A DNA stretch of 64,000 bases from positions 87,172,001 through 87,236,000 of the forward strand of contig OZ024742.1 in assembly GCA_964016885.1 (NCBI GenBank), written 5' to 3'. The notes under the pieces are model-generated. The model was not told where the DNA came from. It did not search any database and worked only from the letters and a program-made list of their open reading frames with translations. The position numbers and the translations under genes were made by a program. Below are positions 17,328 through 30,475 of this stretch, piece after piece. Position 1 is the first letter of the stretch. Each line of letters starts with the position of its first letter. The DNA comes from Eledone cirrhosa. Its lineage: Eukaryota.

Positions 17328-17480
17328 CAACTACACGATTCAATGATGAATCGTGTCCTAGAGTGGAAAATGTTAAGAACCGGTCATGCCTAAAACGATG
17401 TGAGATTGATGAAGATTGTGTCAGCAGAAAGAAAAAATGTTTATGTGACGGTCAGTGTGGTATGAGCTGTGTTAATAAAA
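17328..17480 (+). CDS. internal exon encoding a WAP (four-disulfide core) domain; LEV-9/Hasp-like WAP-sushi protein
   Basis: Acceptor TTTCATTTTCAG ends at 17327 and donor GTAAGT starts at 17481. The exon is 153 nt with symmetric phase 1-1. It translates as (A)[50 protein letters not shown], with 8 Cys. The CLCDGxCGxSC variant is typical of LEV-9-like proteins. Confidence 0.85.
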
Positions 17481-17925
17481 GTAAGTAGAAAAACATTATT
17501 TTCCTCAGTCCAAATGTATGATATACTTCATAGTACTTTCATTTATTTCTCTTTTACAATTTTCTTTGTATCAGCCTGGACATATTAGCTTAACTGAGCT
17601 TTGAATATATGATTTATGATGTTATTATTGCAAACTTGACAGGACATCCTGGCCTATTTACCATTTAGAAAAAATAGAATCCACATAAGTAAAATTCTTA
17701 TCCATATTCTAAAGATGACAGAAATAGCATTTATCAAGCTATTTCATGAAATAGATTATGATTCACACGTATGTTATTATTTTACAAACATCCGTTTGTA
17801 TTTCAGAACGATACCTAATATGACATAATTATATTGTATATTTTCGTGACAAACGTGTAAAATGCTAATTTATGAGTACCAATCTACATAGTCACCAACA
17901 ATATATACATATATATATATATAAA

Positions 17926-18295
<370 letters not shown>

Positions 18296-18313
18296 CAGCA
18301 TGACTTAGCAAGC

Positions 18314-18449
18314 AGAACAAAGGAGAGGCACAGAAACAAATAAAGGAATCCCCACTCACTGAAGAGGTCACAGAGTGGCTGACGAAAGAACTATGACTAT
18401 ATATAAACAACTATCTGGTTGTGGAACCAACCAACCAACCAACCAACCA
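18314..18449 (+). mobile_element. short retroposed 3' fragment with minimal hammerhead-like motif, ending in (AACC)n
   Basis: TCA-CTGAAGA-GGTCA..TGAC-GAAA-GAAC-TA^TGA at 18356-18396, followed by (AACC)6 at about 18425-18449. Confidence 0.5.
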
Positions 18450-18554
18450 GAAATTTATAAATTTATAAATTTATTATAAATTTATTATAATAAATTGAAG
18501 TGAAAACAACTGGTGCGTGTGTTTCTTGTTGGCAACATGACCCTCCCAAAGTAT

Positions 18555-18640
<86 letters not shown>

Positions 18641-19364
18641 GAGATACTTGGTACAGTTAGGTATATTTGAGAAAAAGGAAAATAGTGGCATCACTTGCAG
18701 TGTTAAAATATGTATGATTCAATGTTATAATATAATATATTATTATGTTATATTATAACATTAAATCATAGTTTTTTTAACACAAATGATGTCATCATTT
18801 TCCTTTTTTTTAAATAAATATATATATATAAAGAAGCAAGTATTGCACCAAGTAAGATATAAACGTCGGGCTATGAATTTATTCTTTTTCCTGTCTATCA
18901 TAAATTGTCTACATATGGTGACTATAATATATGTTTGGTCAAATATATGCAATACTCAATTATGTATCACACTTCAGTAGCAAGCCTCTAGTAGTGGAAT
19001 TCAACTCCACACTACGATGTAGAAATCAGTATTGATATTTTATTTTAGGAAAATGTAAATAAGTTAAATATATATATATATATATATATATACACCCAAT
19101 TATATATATATATATATATATATACAATATTAAATGTCGAATATATTTATCTATAAAACTGTTTATATTGTATTTTGTCTGATGAAGGCATAGCATATTG
19201 TTAATATGATATCCCCGAAATATATATAATGAAATAAATATGGTTTTATAAATATAGTTTTCCATTTATTTAATATTGTAAATATACTCCAAATATTTGT
19301 CGAGTGCTTTTATATCAGTTATAAATATTTACTAGTTGTAACCCAACAATTTTAAATATAACTT

Positions 19365-19457
<93 letters not shown>

Positions 19458-19604
19458 TTTTTTCCGTTGTGTTGTAATATAAATATTACACACAGTAGAT
19501 TATCAGCTCACGTAGAGTTTGCTCGACGGTTCCAGTTGTAGTTCCAAAAGTAATCCGGAGAAAAATAGAAAGATTTGAATGGATACAGTTTAGTTGAAAG
19601 GAAT

Positions 19605-19721
19605 TTATTGACACGTGTTTCTATAACAGTTACATAACCTAAAACAGCTATCTACAAACTTTTAGTTATGCAGACATTCAATATTTCAATGTTATTGTTT
19701 ACTGTCATTTCATCAGAATAA
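19605..19721 (-). ncRNA. type I hammerhead ribozyme with 88-nt rod-like stem II (intact core)
   Basis: TTATT-CTGATGA-aATGACAGT...ACTGTTATa-GAAA-CACGTG-TC^AATAA. Stem I has 5 bp and stem III is palindromic. Confidence 0.8.
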
Positions 19722-20311
19722 TATTACTGAGGACCTATTTAGTTTTTATAGAGAATATTAGGAGGAAGGGGTGAAGTTGTTAGAAGAATAGTTGAAGGAG
19801 TGGTTTTTCGATAGCAGTGAGAATTCTTGGTGGCAGTGATTAATTAGATTCCCATCTGTTGTTTTGACATTTTTTATAGAATATATTATTGGTTATTTTT
19901 CTAAATCTATAGAAGGATTAGAGATAGTAAAGATATGCGTGGTTGGTTTTGTGTTTGCACTTAACATTCAGACTTAAATTTTTCTTTCAAGTGTACGTAT
20001 TCTTTCACCCACGCATTCACACACAAATATATTTGCACACCTCTACAAAATACATATACTCACAATTCACATATTCATACTTACATATATATACACATGC
20101 ATACACATATATATACACACATGTATTCATGTACATACATACGCGCTCATGTGTATACATTTTCATACTCAACTTATCTTTATATATACACACGTATAGA
20201 CACACACATATATACATACATACTCTAGTCCATGTGTACACACATACACATACATACACATCCATATACACATACATACATACACATATATATATACATA
20301 TATACATATAC

Positions 20312-20360
<49 letters not shown>

Positions 20361-20361
20361 C

Positions 20362-20410
<49 letters not shown>

Positions 20411-20679
20411 AGCACTTTAATACATGAATACACTTACATCTAACTATACACATCAAACATATATATATATTTACTTATTTATATACATTTTCACATATAT
20501 ATACATACTTATGGACGTTTTTAGACACATTCATTATCGCATATTTGTACCTATTCTCATCAGCATATCTTTTCATTATTAGTATGGTAATTTAAGGTTA
20601 TTAATATATGTTGAAAAGAGATTGTTTTTATATTTTTCTAACTAGATTAAGGTTTATATAGTTGGGGGATGTCCCTCTT

Positions 20680-22082
20680 TTATGTAATATTCGGCTTGTA
20701 GTGGGAAAAAAGGGTTTTAGTTCTGTGACGGCAGAATAATGTTCGTTCAATTCTGTTATTCAGCAGTTTCTTCTTGTGTGTGATTATGTAATAAATCTCA
20801 AGATTACACAATTTGCAGAAATTTTGGCTCCTGGAAAAGCTTTGGGTTTTAGCTAATTTTTCCCATTTTAGGGTAAACTTTTGATTGCTATCCCTGAGCG
20901 TCCAAGCTTTCTCTGCTAAAGTTGTTACATTTCTTTGGCTCTGGTGTTTTATTGAGTAAGAATGCCTATACAATCGAGATTTAAACGATGTTGCCGTTGA
21001 TCCCACGTAATACCACTCGTTGCCTCCGGATTTAATGGTACACTTATAAATAATATTTTTTTCCAGGCAGTTATTGCCGAGGGGGCAGTTGTCAGGATAG
21101 GTGCAGTTACAGTTGTGTACGTTGGGTTTTCTCTGGAGTAGTATTGCGGACGAACTTAGGTGTGGTTTATTTATGTTCTGTAGTGTATTGTCTACTGTTT
21201 TTTTGGGGTTCTTTGTACTTAAGTTCTTAGTGTTTTCGTTTAACCTTCTAGTATTGATCTTTTTTATGTGTTGTTCAAGGTTTAACGCTGTAGAGTATGA
21301 CAGTCTTATAGTGGTAGGGTTTAGGATTTTGTGGTATTTGTGTGATGTGGGAAAATGTCTTTTAATTATTTTAAAGAAGAGTACTGGTAAATTTGTACTA
21401 ATGGAGCTATTGTATTCGGGGTTATACCATAAGTACTCTTTGCATCGCTTTCTATTAGTTTTGTTTGTTGGTTTACTGGTGTGCATACTATGGTAGTAAG
21501 TGTGGTTTGGTGTTGTGTTATTATATCTACCTATGTGGGATTTATTTTGGGTGTTTTGATTGTTCCCATCTATGTACTCTATTTTGTTGAGGTAGCCTGC
21601 TTTACTAAGGGCGTTATCGTAGTACTCGGCGTGTTCCTTAAATACTTGTATGTTAGAAGATAGACCCGAGATTCTAAGGGAAATATTTTTAGGGATAGAT
21701 TTAATTATAGAGATGGGGTGGTTAGACCCAACATTTACGTATTTGAGATTTTCATTCAATTTATGAAACGGTTTAATCAAACCAGAGTTTAAATTGAGTG
21801 TGACATCCAGGAAGTTAACTACTTTAAGGTTGTATTCATATGTTATAGTTAGTCCTATTTCGAGTAGTAGTTTTCTTATATCTTTGCGTAGTTTTTCTAG
21901 TTTTTGGTTATTAAGGTTTTTAGCTAGGAGGAGAACATCGTCGCGGTATATTCCGCCGTGGAGATTGCTGAATTTTTCCTGGAGTCTAAAGGCGATAAAT
22001 AACCCCACAATATCAGTTATTTCCGCCGAATCGTTAGAGCCCATTGTTATGTCAAAGTTAGAGGGTCTATCTTTACGTACCC
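20680..22082 (-). CDS. 5'-truncated PLE polyprotein: RT C-terminal half, CxCx5C linker, GIY-YIG endonuclease
   Basis: FDITMGSNDSAEITDIVG, IYRDDVL, VNFLDVTL, SNHP, CNCTYPDNCPLGNNCL, IIYKC...YYVGST, CKLC...CRH. The frame is open to the stop. Confidence 0.9.
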
Positions 22083-22743
22083 AAACCCTACCACTATAAG
22101 ACTGTCATACTCTACAGCGTTAAACCTTGAACAACACATAAAAAAAAAAAAAAAAAAAAAAAAGATCAATACTAGAAGGTTAAACGAAAACACTAAGAAC
22201 TTAAGTACAAAGAACCCCCAAAAAACAGTAGACAATACACTACAGAACATAAATAAACCACACCTAAGTTCGTCCGCAATACTACTCCAGAGAAAACCCA
22301 ACGTACACAACTGTAACTGCACCTATCCTGACAACTGCCCCCTCGGCAATAACTGCCTGGAAAAAAATATTATTTATAAGTGTACCATTAAATCCGGAGG
22401 CAACGAGTGGTATTACGTGGGATCAACGGCAACATCGTTTAAATCTCGATTGTATAGGCATTCTTACTCAATAAAACACCAGAGCCAAAGAAATGTAACA
22501 ACTTTAGCAGAGAAAGCTTGGACGCTCAGGGATAGCAATCAAAAGTTTACCCTAAAATGGGAAAAATTAGCTAAAACCCAAAGCTTTTCCAGGAGCCAAA
22601 ATTTCTGCAAATTGTGTAATCTTGAGATTTATTACATAATCACACACAAGAAGAAACTGCTGAATAACAGAATTGAACGAACATTATTCTGCCGTCACAG
22701 AACTAAAACCCTTTTTTCCCACTACAAGCCGAATATTACATAA
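22083..22743 (+). pseudogene. inverted duplicate of the PLE linker and GIY-YIG region
   Basis: ORF 22417-22743 is identical to the C-terminus of ORF 20680-22044. There is a poly-A expansion at 22140-22163. Confidence 0.85.
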
Positions 22744-23012
22744 AAGAGGGACATCCCCCAACTATATAAACCTTAATCTAGTTAGAAAAATATAAAAACA
22801 ATCTCTTTTCAACATATATTAATAACCTTAAATTACCATACTAATAATGAAAAGATATGCTGATGAGAATAGGTACAAATATGCGATAATGAATGTGTCT
22901 AAAAACGTCCATAAGTATGTATATATATGTGAAAATGTATATAAATAAGTAAATATATATATATGTTTGATGTGTATAGTTAGATGTAAGTGTATTCATG
23001 TATTAAAGTGCT

Positions 23013-23061
<49 letters not shown>

Positions 23062-23062
23062 G

Positions 23063-23111
<49 letters not shown>

Positions 23112-23701
23112 GTATATGTATATATGTATATATATATGTGTATGTATGTATGTGTATATGGATGTGTATGTATGTGTATGTGTGTACACATGGACTAGAG
23201 TATGTATGTATATATGTGTGTGTCTATACGTGTGTATATATAAAGATAAGTTGAGTATGAAAATGTATACACATGAGCGCGTATGTATGTACATGAATAC
23301 ATGTGTGTATATATATGTGTATGCATGTGTATATATATGTAAGTATGAATATGTGAATTGTGAGTATATGTATTTTGTAGAGGTGTGCAAATATATTTGT
23401 GTGTGAATGCGTGGGTGAAAGAATACGTACACTTGAAAGAAAAATTTAAGTCTGAATGTTAAGTGCAAACACAAAACCAACCACGCATATCTTTACTATC
23501 TCTAATCCTTCTATAGATTTAGAAAAATAACCAATAATATATTCTATAAAAAATGTCAAAACAACAGATGGGAATCTAATTAATCACTGCCACCAAGAAT
23601 TCTCACTGCTATCGAAAAACCACTCCTTCAACTATTCTTCTAACAACTTCACCCCTTCCTCCTAATATTCTCTATAAAAACTAAATAGGTCCTCAGTAAT
23701 A

Positions 23702-23818
23702 TTATTCTGATGAAATGACAGTAAACAATAACATTGAAATATTGAATGTCTGCATAACTAAAAGTTTGTAGATAGCTGTTTTAGGTTATGTAACTGTTAT
23801 AGAAACACGAGTCAATAA
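23702..23818 (+). ncRNA. inverted-arm copy of the long-stem-II hammerhead (stem III CACGTG changed to CACGAG)
   Basis: Mirror image of 19605-19721. Confidence 0.7.
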
Positions 23819-23852
23819 ATTCCTTTCAACTAAACTGTATCCATTCAAATCT

Positions 23853-23898
<46 letters not shown>

Positions 23899-23914
23899 TT
23901 ATTTATATATAACA

Positions 23915-24048
23915 TAGGAGTGTGGTATGGAACCGGATGGACCATAACGAACCAGAGTACTCAAAACTGTGTGTAGTATAGTGGGAAATAAGAAAACGTA
24001 TGACTCCGTCGGCAGAGCTCAAGTGGTGTCGACGGCTATTTCTGGACT
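23915..24048 (-). mobile_element. diverged copy of the ~140-bp mini-element
   Basis: GGACCATAAC..GTACTCAA..GAGCTCAAG..GACGGCTATTTCTGGACT matches 55387-55525. Confidence 0.75.
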
Positions 24049-24069
24049 AAATATATATGCACATATAAA

Positions 24070-24114
<45 letters not shown>

Positions 24115-24784
24115 AACATTATTATTATTAGTATTATTATATATACACACGCACGCACACACAAACATATATATGTGTGGGTGTGTGTGTGTGTATGTGT
24201 GTGTATATATATATACAATCAAGATTTTGCAAATAAGAAAAATCTTAACAAAAATTTCAAAAGATTCACTGTACTTACTATGGTTACCATTACCGAAGGG
24301 TTTCGAGTCTCAAAAATAAATGAAAGATAAACTCTTGTCAGAAGGTTCTTTTCACTAGGAGAATATAAAATTCCTGAGTTCGAATTACGAACTGGCGGTA
24401 TTCAAAATTGTTCCCGAGATGAAAATGCATGGTGTGGAAGCAATTCTGTCCAGTCCCGTGTGTAAAATAGAAGGCAGAGGCAGGGAGGTCAATCTACTAC
24501 CACTATAAATAGTAGCAGTCAAAATGACCAAAATTTATCTCGACCAGGGGGGGATTAATAATAATAAAGTATATATCCCTACACGCAAAAAACATATAGG
24601 GACACATGTATTATCCAAACATATGCCAATGTGGTTCTATGGCAGGTTAATAAATTAACGAGGCAGAACATATATAATCAAGGTTTAGCAAATAAGAAAA
24701 AGTTTTAAAATAAATTTCAAAAATTTACTGCACTTACTATGGTTATATATATATATGTGTGTGTGCGTGTGGGTGTATATATAT

Positions 24785-27700
24785 AATAATAATAATAATG
24801 ATGATTTCTTTAAACAATAAACATGAACAATAAACAATAAACATGGAAATAGAAAAAATGAAACATTCTCCAATAGGGTGGAAACCTCCTAGGGTTACTC
24901 GCGGCGAAAACCACACAAAAGAACACGGCAACCTTGACCAACAGGGCAAGCGCCCTTTCTCAATTTTTACATTTCTCAAACTACAGGCGTATATTCAGAG
25001 TGGTCCCGTTCACTCCGACCATTCTCGCTACATTCACCCACCTTTCAACAAACTTGCTATAAGGCAGCAATTGCCTCTCCACCCTGATTTTCCTCTTCAA
25101 GTGAATCTTGAAAAAGTTAATTAGGGATTTGGCGAAGAGGAAAGTGTCTGTCTTTAACCCTTTCAACCTTGTACATCACACAATCTCTTTAGCCATGGCC
25201 ACCAGGGAGATGAAAATCGCCTGCCTTTCCTTCTCGAAGGAAGACGGTGAGACCATCTGCACAATGGACTCAGTCGATAACCGGATCAGTCCTACACGCG
25301 ACAGCAATTGTTCGACATAGATCCACAAGTCAGAAATGCTCGGGCACTGAATGAGTGCGTGCACGACGGTTTCATTGCTCTGCGCGCATCTTGAACAGGC
25401 TCAGCTGACGGCACTTCCGTGCCTGTAGAGCTTATCTAGAAGCGGCAACGCTCCCTGGTAGCACAGCCAGGCCAGGGATATTTGGAAGTTAACCATTGCC
25501 CCTGGGCTGAAAGTTAAGCAAACAGCTGATCTTCTTCGACGCCCAGTATCTCTCCGAGAACGTCGTCGCTCTTCCCCGCCACTAGTCCTCTATGGAACGC
25601 CGAGGTGGATGTTCCCCCGATACTGGTGACAAGCTGGCAGAAGGCGGTGAGTGCCTGGAGACATTCCACTTTCGAAGCGCTAACTATCGGTCTTTTCCTG
25701 ACCCAGGACTGCAGCTCCGTCAAGGTGACGAGCTGTGGGAAAACGTGCCTAGCGAACTGCGACCAAACCTGTTCACCCTCACGGAAGCACCAGATATGTC
25801 GCAGCCTCAGCGTATATTGCGCATCATCAGCCATGGCATGCCCAGTCCTCCATGCAACAGGTGGTGACAGCTGATGGATCGTCTGACCATGGGAGCACGT
25901 CCCATCCACAAAAAGCGGATGAGGAGGCGCTCTATTTTGGTGAGAGTTGGTCCGGGGCAAGGGACGACGGTTAGGCGGTAGAAGATGACGGATGCGATGT
26001 ACGCATTCGCCACCTCGGCGCGGATTTTCAGGTACAGCTTCCTCTCGGCCCATTTCTGGGTGAAGGAGGCCACACTGCTCGTCACCTCGCTGCAGTTTTT
26101 CTCTATCTGGAGGTCCGGTCTGAACCAGACACCGAGCAACACTATCGGTCCGTCCATCCAACGCCCCTCGTCGCTGGCGGACAGCGTGGACTTGGCTCTC
26201 TGCAAGCCGGTGGACATGCCTCTCTGCAAGCCCACCGACTTTTCCTGCTTCATCTTTGCTCCTGTCACCGCACTGTATTCCTTGAAGCGGGGCCGATCAT
26301 CTGGATGAGTCTGGTGCTCGACACCACCACGGTGAGGTCGAAAGCCAACGCTGATTTCCCGCATCCTAGTTCGCGTGGGACGACCCTCATCACCCTTAGC
26401 TTGTGCAGTAACGGCTCGAGAGCCAATACGTTCAAGGGGGACAACCCTGGTGGACCGAGCGCATGATGCCGAACGTCTGCGACAGGTGACCGTTCAACCT
26501 CACAACTGAGCACATGTCGCTGTACATCGCAGCGTTCCAACCGCTGATAACAGGCCAGAAACCGGCTGCCTGGAGGACCGCAGCCACGTACCGATGGTCG
26601 ACGCTATCGAATGATTTGGATTGATCCAAGTTGATCAGGGCTCCACCCGTGCGGGGTTCCTTAACCAACATCTCTGCGATGTATCGCATCAGCTGGAGGG
26701 TGTCGTGTATGGAACTGTCCGGAATGGCGCATGTATCGCCTCTCCCAAAGACACGCGACTAATAGCGCCAGCCTCGTCGCTAACACATTGGCCAAAATCA
26801 TGAACTCTCCGTTTATCAGGGTTATGGGCACGAAGTTATCGGTAACATCCACCTTGTTCGGATCTTTCCACAGCAGCGCCACCGCTGCGCAGTATACGTC
26901 TGCCTAAAGGTCACCGAACAAGTCTGCCATAAATGCATAAAGCTCGTCGGACAGACAATCCAAACCTGGAGATTTACCCCTCGTGCAGTTAACCATCGCT
27001 TCCCGTATTTCACCGGCTGTTATGGCTTTACGCAGCACCGTACTGCGGTCGTCGAGAGCTGAGGCAGTCAGTCGAGGTATGCACTGAAGTCCATACCTCG
27101 ATCCGGCCTGGCGCTGCTCCCGAACATTTCAGCAAAGTGCTGCTGAAAAACCTAACACATCTCCTCGGGTTCGAGCAACACGCGCCCGTTTTGGTCATAT
27201 AAAGACCGAATTGTGGTTTTTTTGCCACGTCGCGCCTCTGACACCCGGGCCCATCAGGCGGTTTTTGTCCCCTCGTGTTTCAGAACACTAGTTCTAGGTC
27301 TGACAACGCAGCCTTCGTGTTTTGTGTTGAAGAATTGGTCGAGTACCATACTCGCCGCAAGCACGTCGGTTGTGATGCCTGTACTAATCGCCTCTTCTAG
27401 CTTTCTGACTAGCTCTCCCTTTACTCTATTTTCCTCTATCAGTACTCCTTTGCTAAACCTAATCTACTCTACTTTAAGTGCCCTTTTCACAGCGAACCAC
27501 CACCTGTTGTTGACGACCGCTCCCGTCAACACCCGCTTAACTAATGAGCTGATCCGGTCTCTGTAGACTTTGAGCGCCTGGAAAGACGCGTTCAGCTTCC
27601 AGTAACTAGGCCCTTGTCTATGAAGTCTGTATATGTCGATCTCACAGATCACAAATATGTGGTCTGTGTAGTAGACTGTTTTAAATTGTGGACGACTTAT

Positions 27701-30240
27701 ACTAGCCTTATCTAGTTCTCCGCAGAATACCCTATCGAGATACGATATGGATGACCCGATACGGTTTGTCCATGTCCACATTGACATATACGGGTGATGC
27801 TCTCGATAACTGTCAGACAGTTCAAAATGTCTGAACATGTTGGTGAGGCTCCTGCACCCTCCTCCCCTATCCTCTAGCCCCACACAATCCCAGAGTGCAC
27901 CCAAGATAAGGTTCCAGTCGCCCACTAACACTAAAGACTAGGAAGTTCCAAGAAAGTTCTCTAGATGTCTGAAGAAATCTAGTCGTCCTACCCCAGTTGG
28001 AGGTAGACGGCTACTAGCCTATAAGTATTGTCTTCGCTGCCGGTCACGGAAGATGGCTCGTATGGCGCGATCCAAGCCTCTCCGAAAAAGGACGGCATCC
28101 CTCCCCCTGATGGCTGTTAGATGCGTATACATCGTAGCCGCCGAAGATCGGTGCGAAGGCCCGTGCTTCGGATATTCTGGTCTCGCTGACGGCCACCATA
28201 TCTATGTTTACTGACCTTAGGTCGTTGAGCAGGTGACCCTGCTTCCAAGATGACCCCAGGGCACTGCATGTATACTGCCTATTCTAAGTACGGCCATGTT
28301 GGATGAGAAACGGGGCAAGTGACAAAGAGTCACTTACCTTGATCGTGTGTTGAAGGGAGAGTGGAACCGTCCCTTTGGCTGGTCATGGGTGTTTCCAAGA
28401 TGATGTCAGTTTATATCGTCTTGGTAACTGACCCTCTGAAGTCTCCAAAAGTGTTTTGGAATTTTTGTTTTAAAAGTGTGTACTCTTCTATTTTGTTATC
28501 AATGATGCTTATGATTGTCGGGAGAGTTCTTGGTGTTGGTGGGGTGTAGTAGTTTTGTTTTCTGTGATGTCTGTGTGCTGCTTTATATATTGTATGAGTT
28601 CTTTATTTGCTATGTTTATTGTTGTGTATCTTTTGGGGAGGGGTGATTGTGTGGCTGTTTTCTTAATGTTGCTGTTGGGTGTGTGTGTCTTATTTTCTTT
28701 GCGTTCTTGGTGTTTTTGGTGATGCTGGTGGTGGTCTGGTTGTTGTTGGTGGTGATGTTGATGGTAGTGGTGTGGCTGCAACTCTCCTTGCAGCCTTTAC
28801 CCCTGTTTATGTGCCTTCGCCTTTGGAGGGTGAAGCTAAAGGTTTTTTTTCTTCTTTTTTCGGATTATGTGGCGTCTGGTGTGTGTATGTGCTCCACGGT
28901 TTTGATGGTGGTAGTGGAGCCCTCTCCGGCAATTTTGTTGCTGATGCAGCTACTGAAAATGTAGCTGCTGGTGTTGCCGCCACTTATGCTGCTGCTTCAG
29001 TTGTCCGTGGCATTGGTACGGGTTCCTACTCACCGTGGATGGGGTTTCTGCATCTGTTGCTTGCCCTGCTCTTGGTAGCAGCGAACCAGGTATTGGAAGG
29101 AGAAGGGCCGTCTTCTTCGCTGTCTTCTGCGGGCAAAAGGCCCTGATGTGACCCTTTGACCGACATAGTTAACATTTTGGCCGTCTTCCTTCTACGCTTA
29201 TAGGGAGTTGAAGTCCTTCCTCGATGTCTATGATATCGGGGATTGCGTCCATACATTCCAGGTCAGTTTGTATAAGCATTTGCATGCCTATACTTGACCA
29301 GTTCTCTCTCCCTATTTTCTCTATTTGCAGCATGGTCATCCTGTCCTTGATTCCAGCAAGGTCAGACGCGGCCAGCCAATGTATTGGCACGTCGGGTGGG
29401 ACCTGGGTCACGTTGACCCTCACAATTTTCTGCTCGCTGTAGGAGGACACCAAGACTATCTTCTCACTCTTTAGAGTTTCAAAAGCGTGAGACTTCGTTT
29501 TTTGGGGGGTGGGGAAAAGTACGTCTACTGTGGCGTACTTTCTGCCTCGAGTGATGTGGGTTTTGCGTGCCCAGACGCACCCAAGGCCGTTTGGAGTTGA
29601 GCCTCCGTGGCTCTCTCCACCTGATGTAACATTTTGCATAAGGTGCGGTATGTTACCGTCCGTAGCTGCTGGTCCTTGAACATATTTAGGTGGAGTTTTC
29701 AAGTAAACTATTGCCGTTTCTTGTCACAATGGCTCTTGCGTCTGCCATCTCCTCCAATGAGACTAACACTCTTTCCCTTTTTCGGCAGCACCACCATTGC
29801 TACCACTACTGGTCCTGCTGGTGGTGCTGAGACCGCTGTTACAGGAATCGATGTCATTGTTGATGTTTTCGTTGGTGCTGTTGCTGTTGTTACTGTTATT
29901 GTGGCTGTTGTTATTATTGTTGTTGTTTTTTATACTGTTCCTAATATCATTGTTGTTGTGGCTGTTGTTATTGTCATCGTTATTGTCGTTCTCGGCCTTA
30001 CCGCTCTTATTTTTGTTGTTGCTGTTGTTATTGATGGTGTTGTTGTTGGTGGTATTGCTGGTGATGTTTGTGTTAGAAATGTTTGATAATTTTAAATCTG
30101 TACAATATCATTACAAATGATAGTGTACCTCCTTTCCTTCGTAATATTTTCCTTTATATTTACCTTCGCTGGAACGCTGCCTTGTTGATATGTTGACAGA
30201 GTCTCCCTCTCTCTGTGTTGTCTGACAGCGCTCTCTCTCT
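24785..30240 (-). mobile_element. near full-length but disrupted L1/Tx1-clade LINE (ORF1 plus APE-RT-CCHC ORF2) with (ATT)n tail
   Basis: ORF2 starts near 28297 (MAVLRIGS...). Motifs LVGDWN, WTWTN...SYLDRV, YTDH, YWKLNAS, INLDQSKSFDSVDH, SVHQGCP and C..C...ETVVHALIQC are present. ORF1 remnants lie at 29169-29702. There are many frameshifts. Confidence 0.9.
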
Positions 30241-30475
30241 CTTTCTTGTGTTATCCATGTTGAAAGACATTTTTCTTTTGAAATATTATTTTTACACAAT
30301 ACGACACTCCGTAAAGGGGTGCCGTATTATTTACGAGTGAACCCCTGTATAAGGTAGTTCACTTCTTCTAAGCTTTTATCAAGTTTAAAACTTGAATAAA
30401 AGGTTTAGAACGGTTGAAAACGAGGTAAACTGTTGACTAAAAAACTGGAGGCGATAAGAAGCGTGGCTTCACCGG

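Larger units (their letters stand above)
19456..23857 (-). mobile_element. young Penelope-like element (Hydra-clade-like) with ~1.76-kb inverted pseudo-LTR arms, inserted in (TA)n
   Basis: 19566-21322 is the reverse complement of 22083-23857 with very few differences. The tail 19456-19565 is present on the left arm only. (TA)n lies on both sides. Confidence 0.92.

Noticed and set aside
23707-23750. Compact hammerhead register CTGATGA-AATG..CATT-GAAA-TATTGAATG-TC
   Set aside because: Stem I does not pair in this register. The distal GAAACACGTGTC gives a perfect stem I and is conserved in the 1769-1880 homologue.
28509-30120. Hydrophobic membrane-protein-like ORFs on the plus strand (e.g. 28679-29146, 29634-30086)
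   Set aside because: These are antisense readings of the low-complexity (AAC/ACC-rich) Tx1 ORF1 region.
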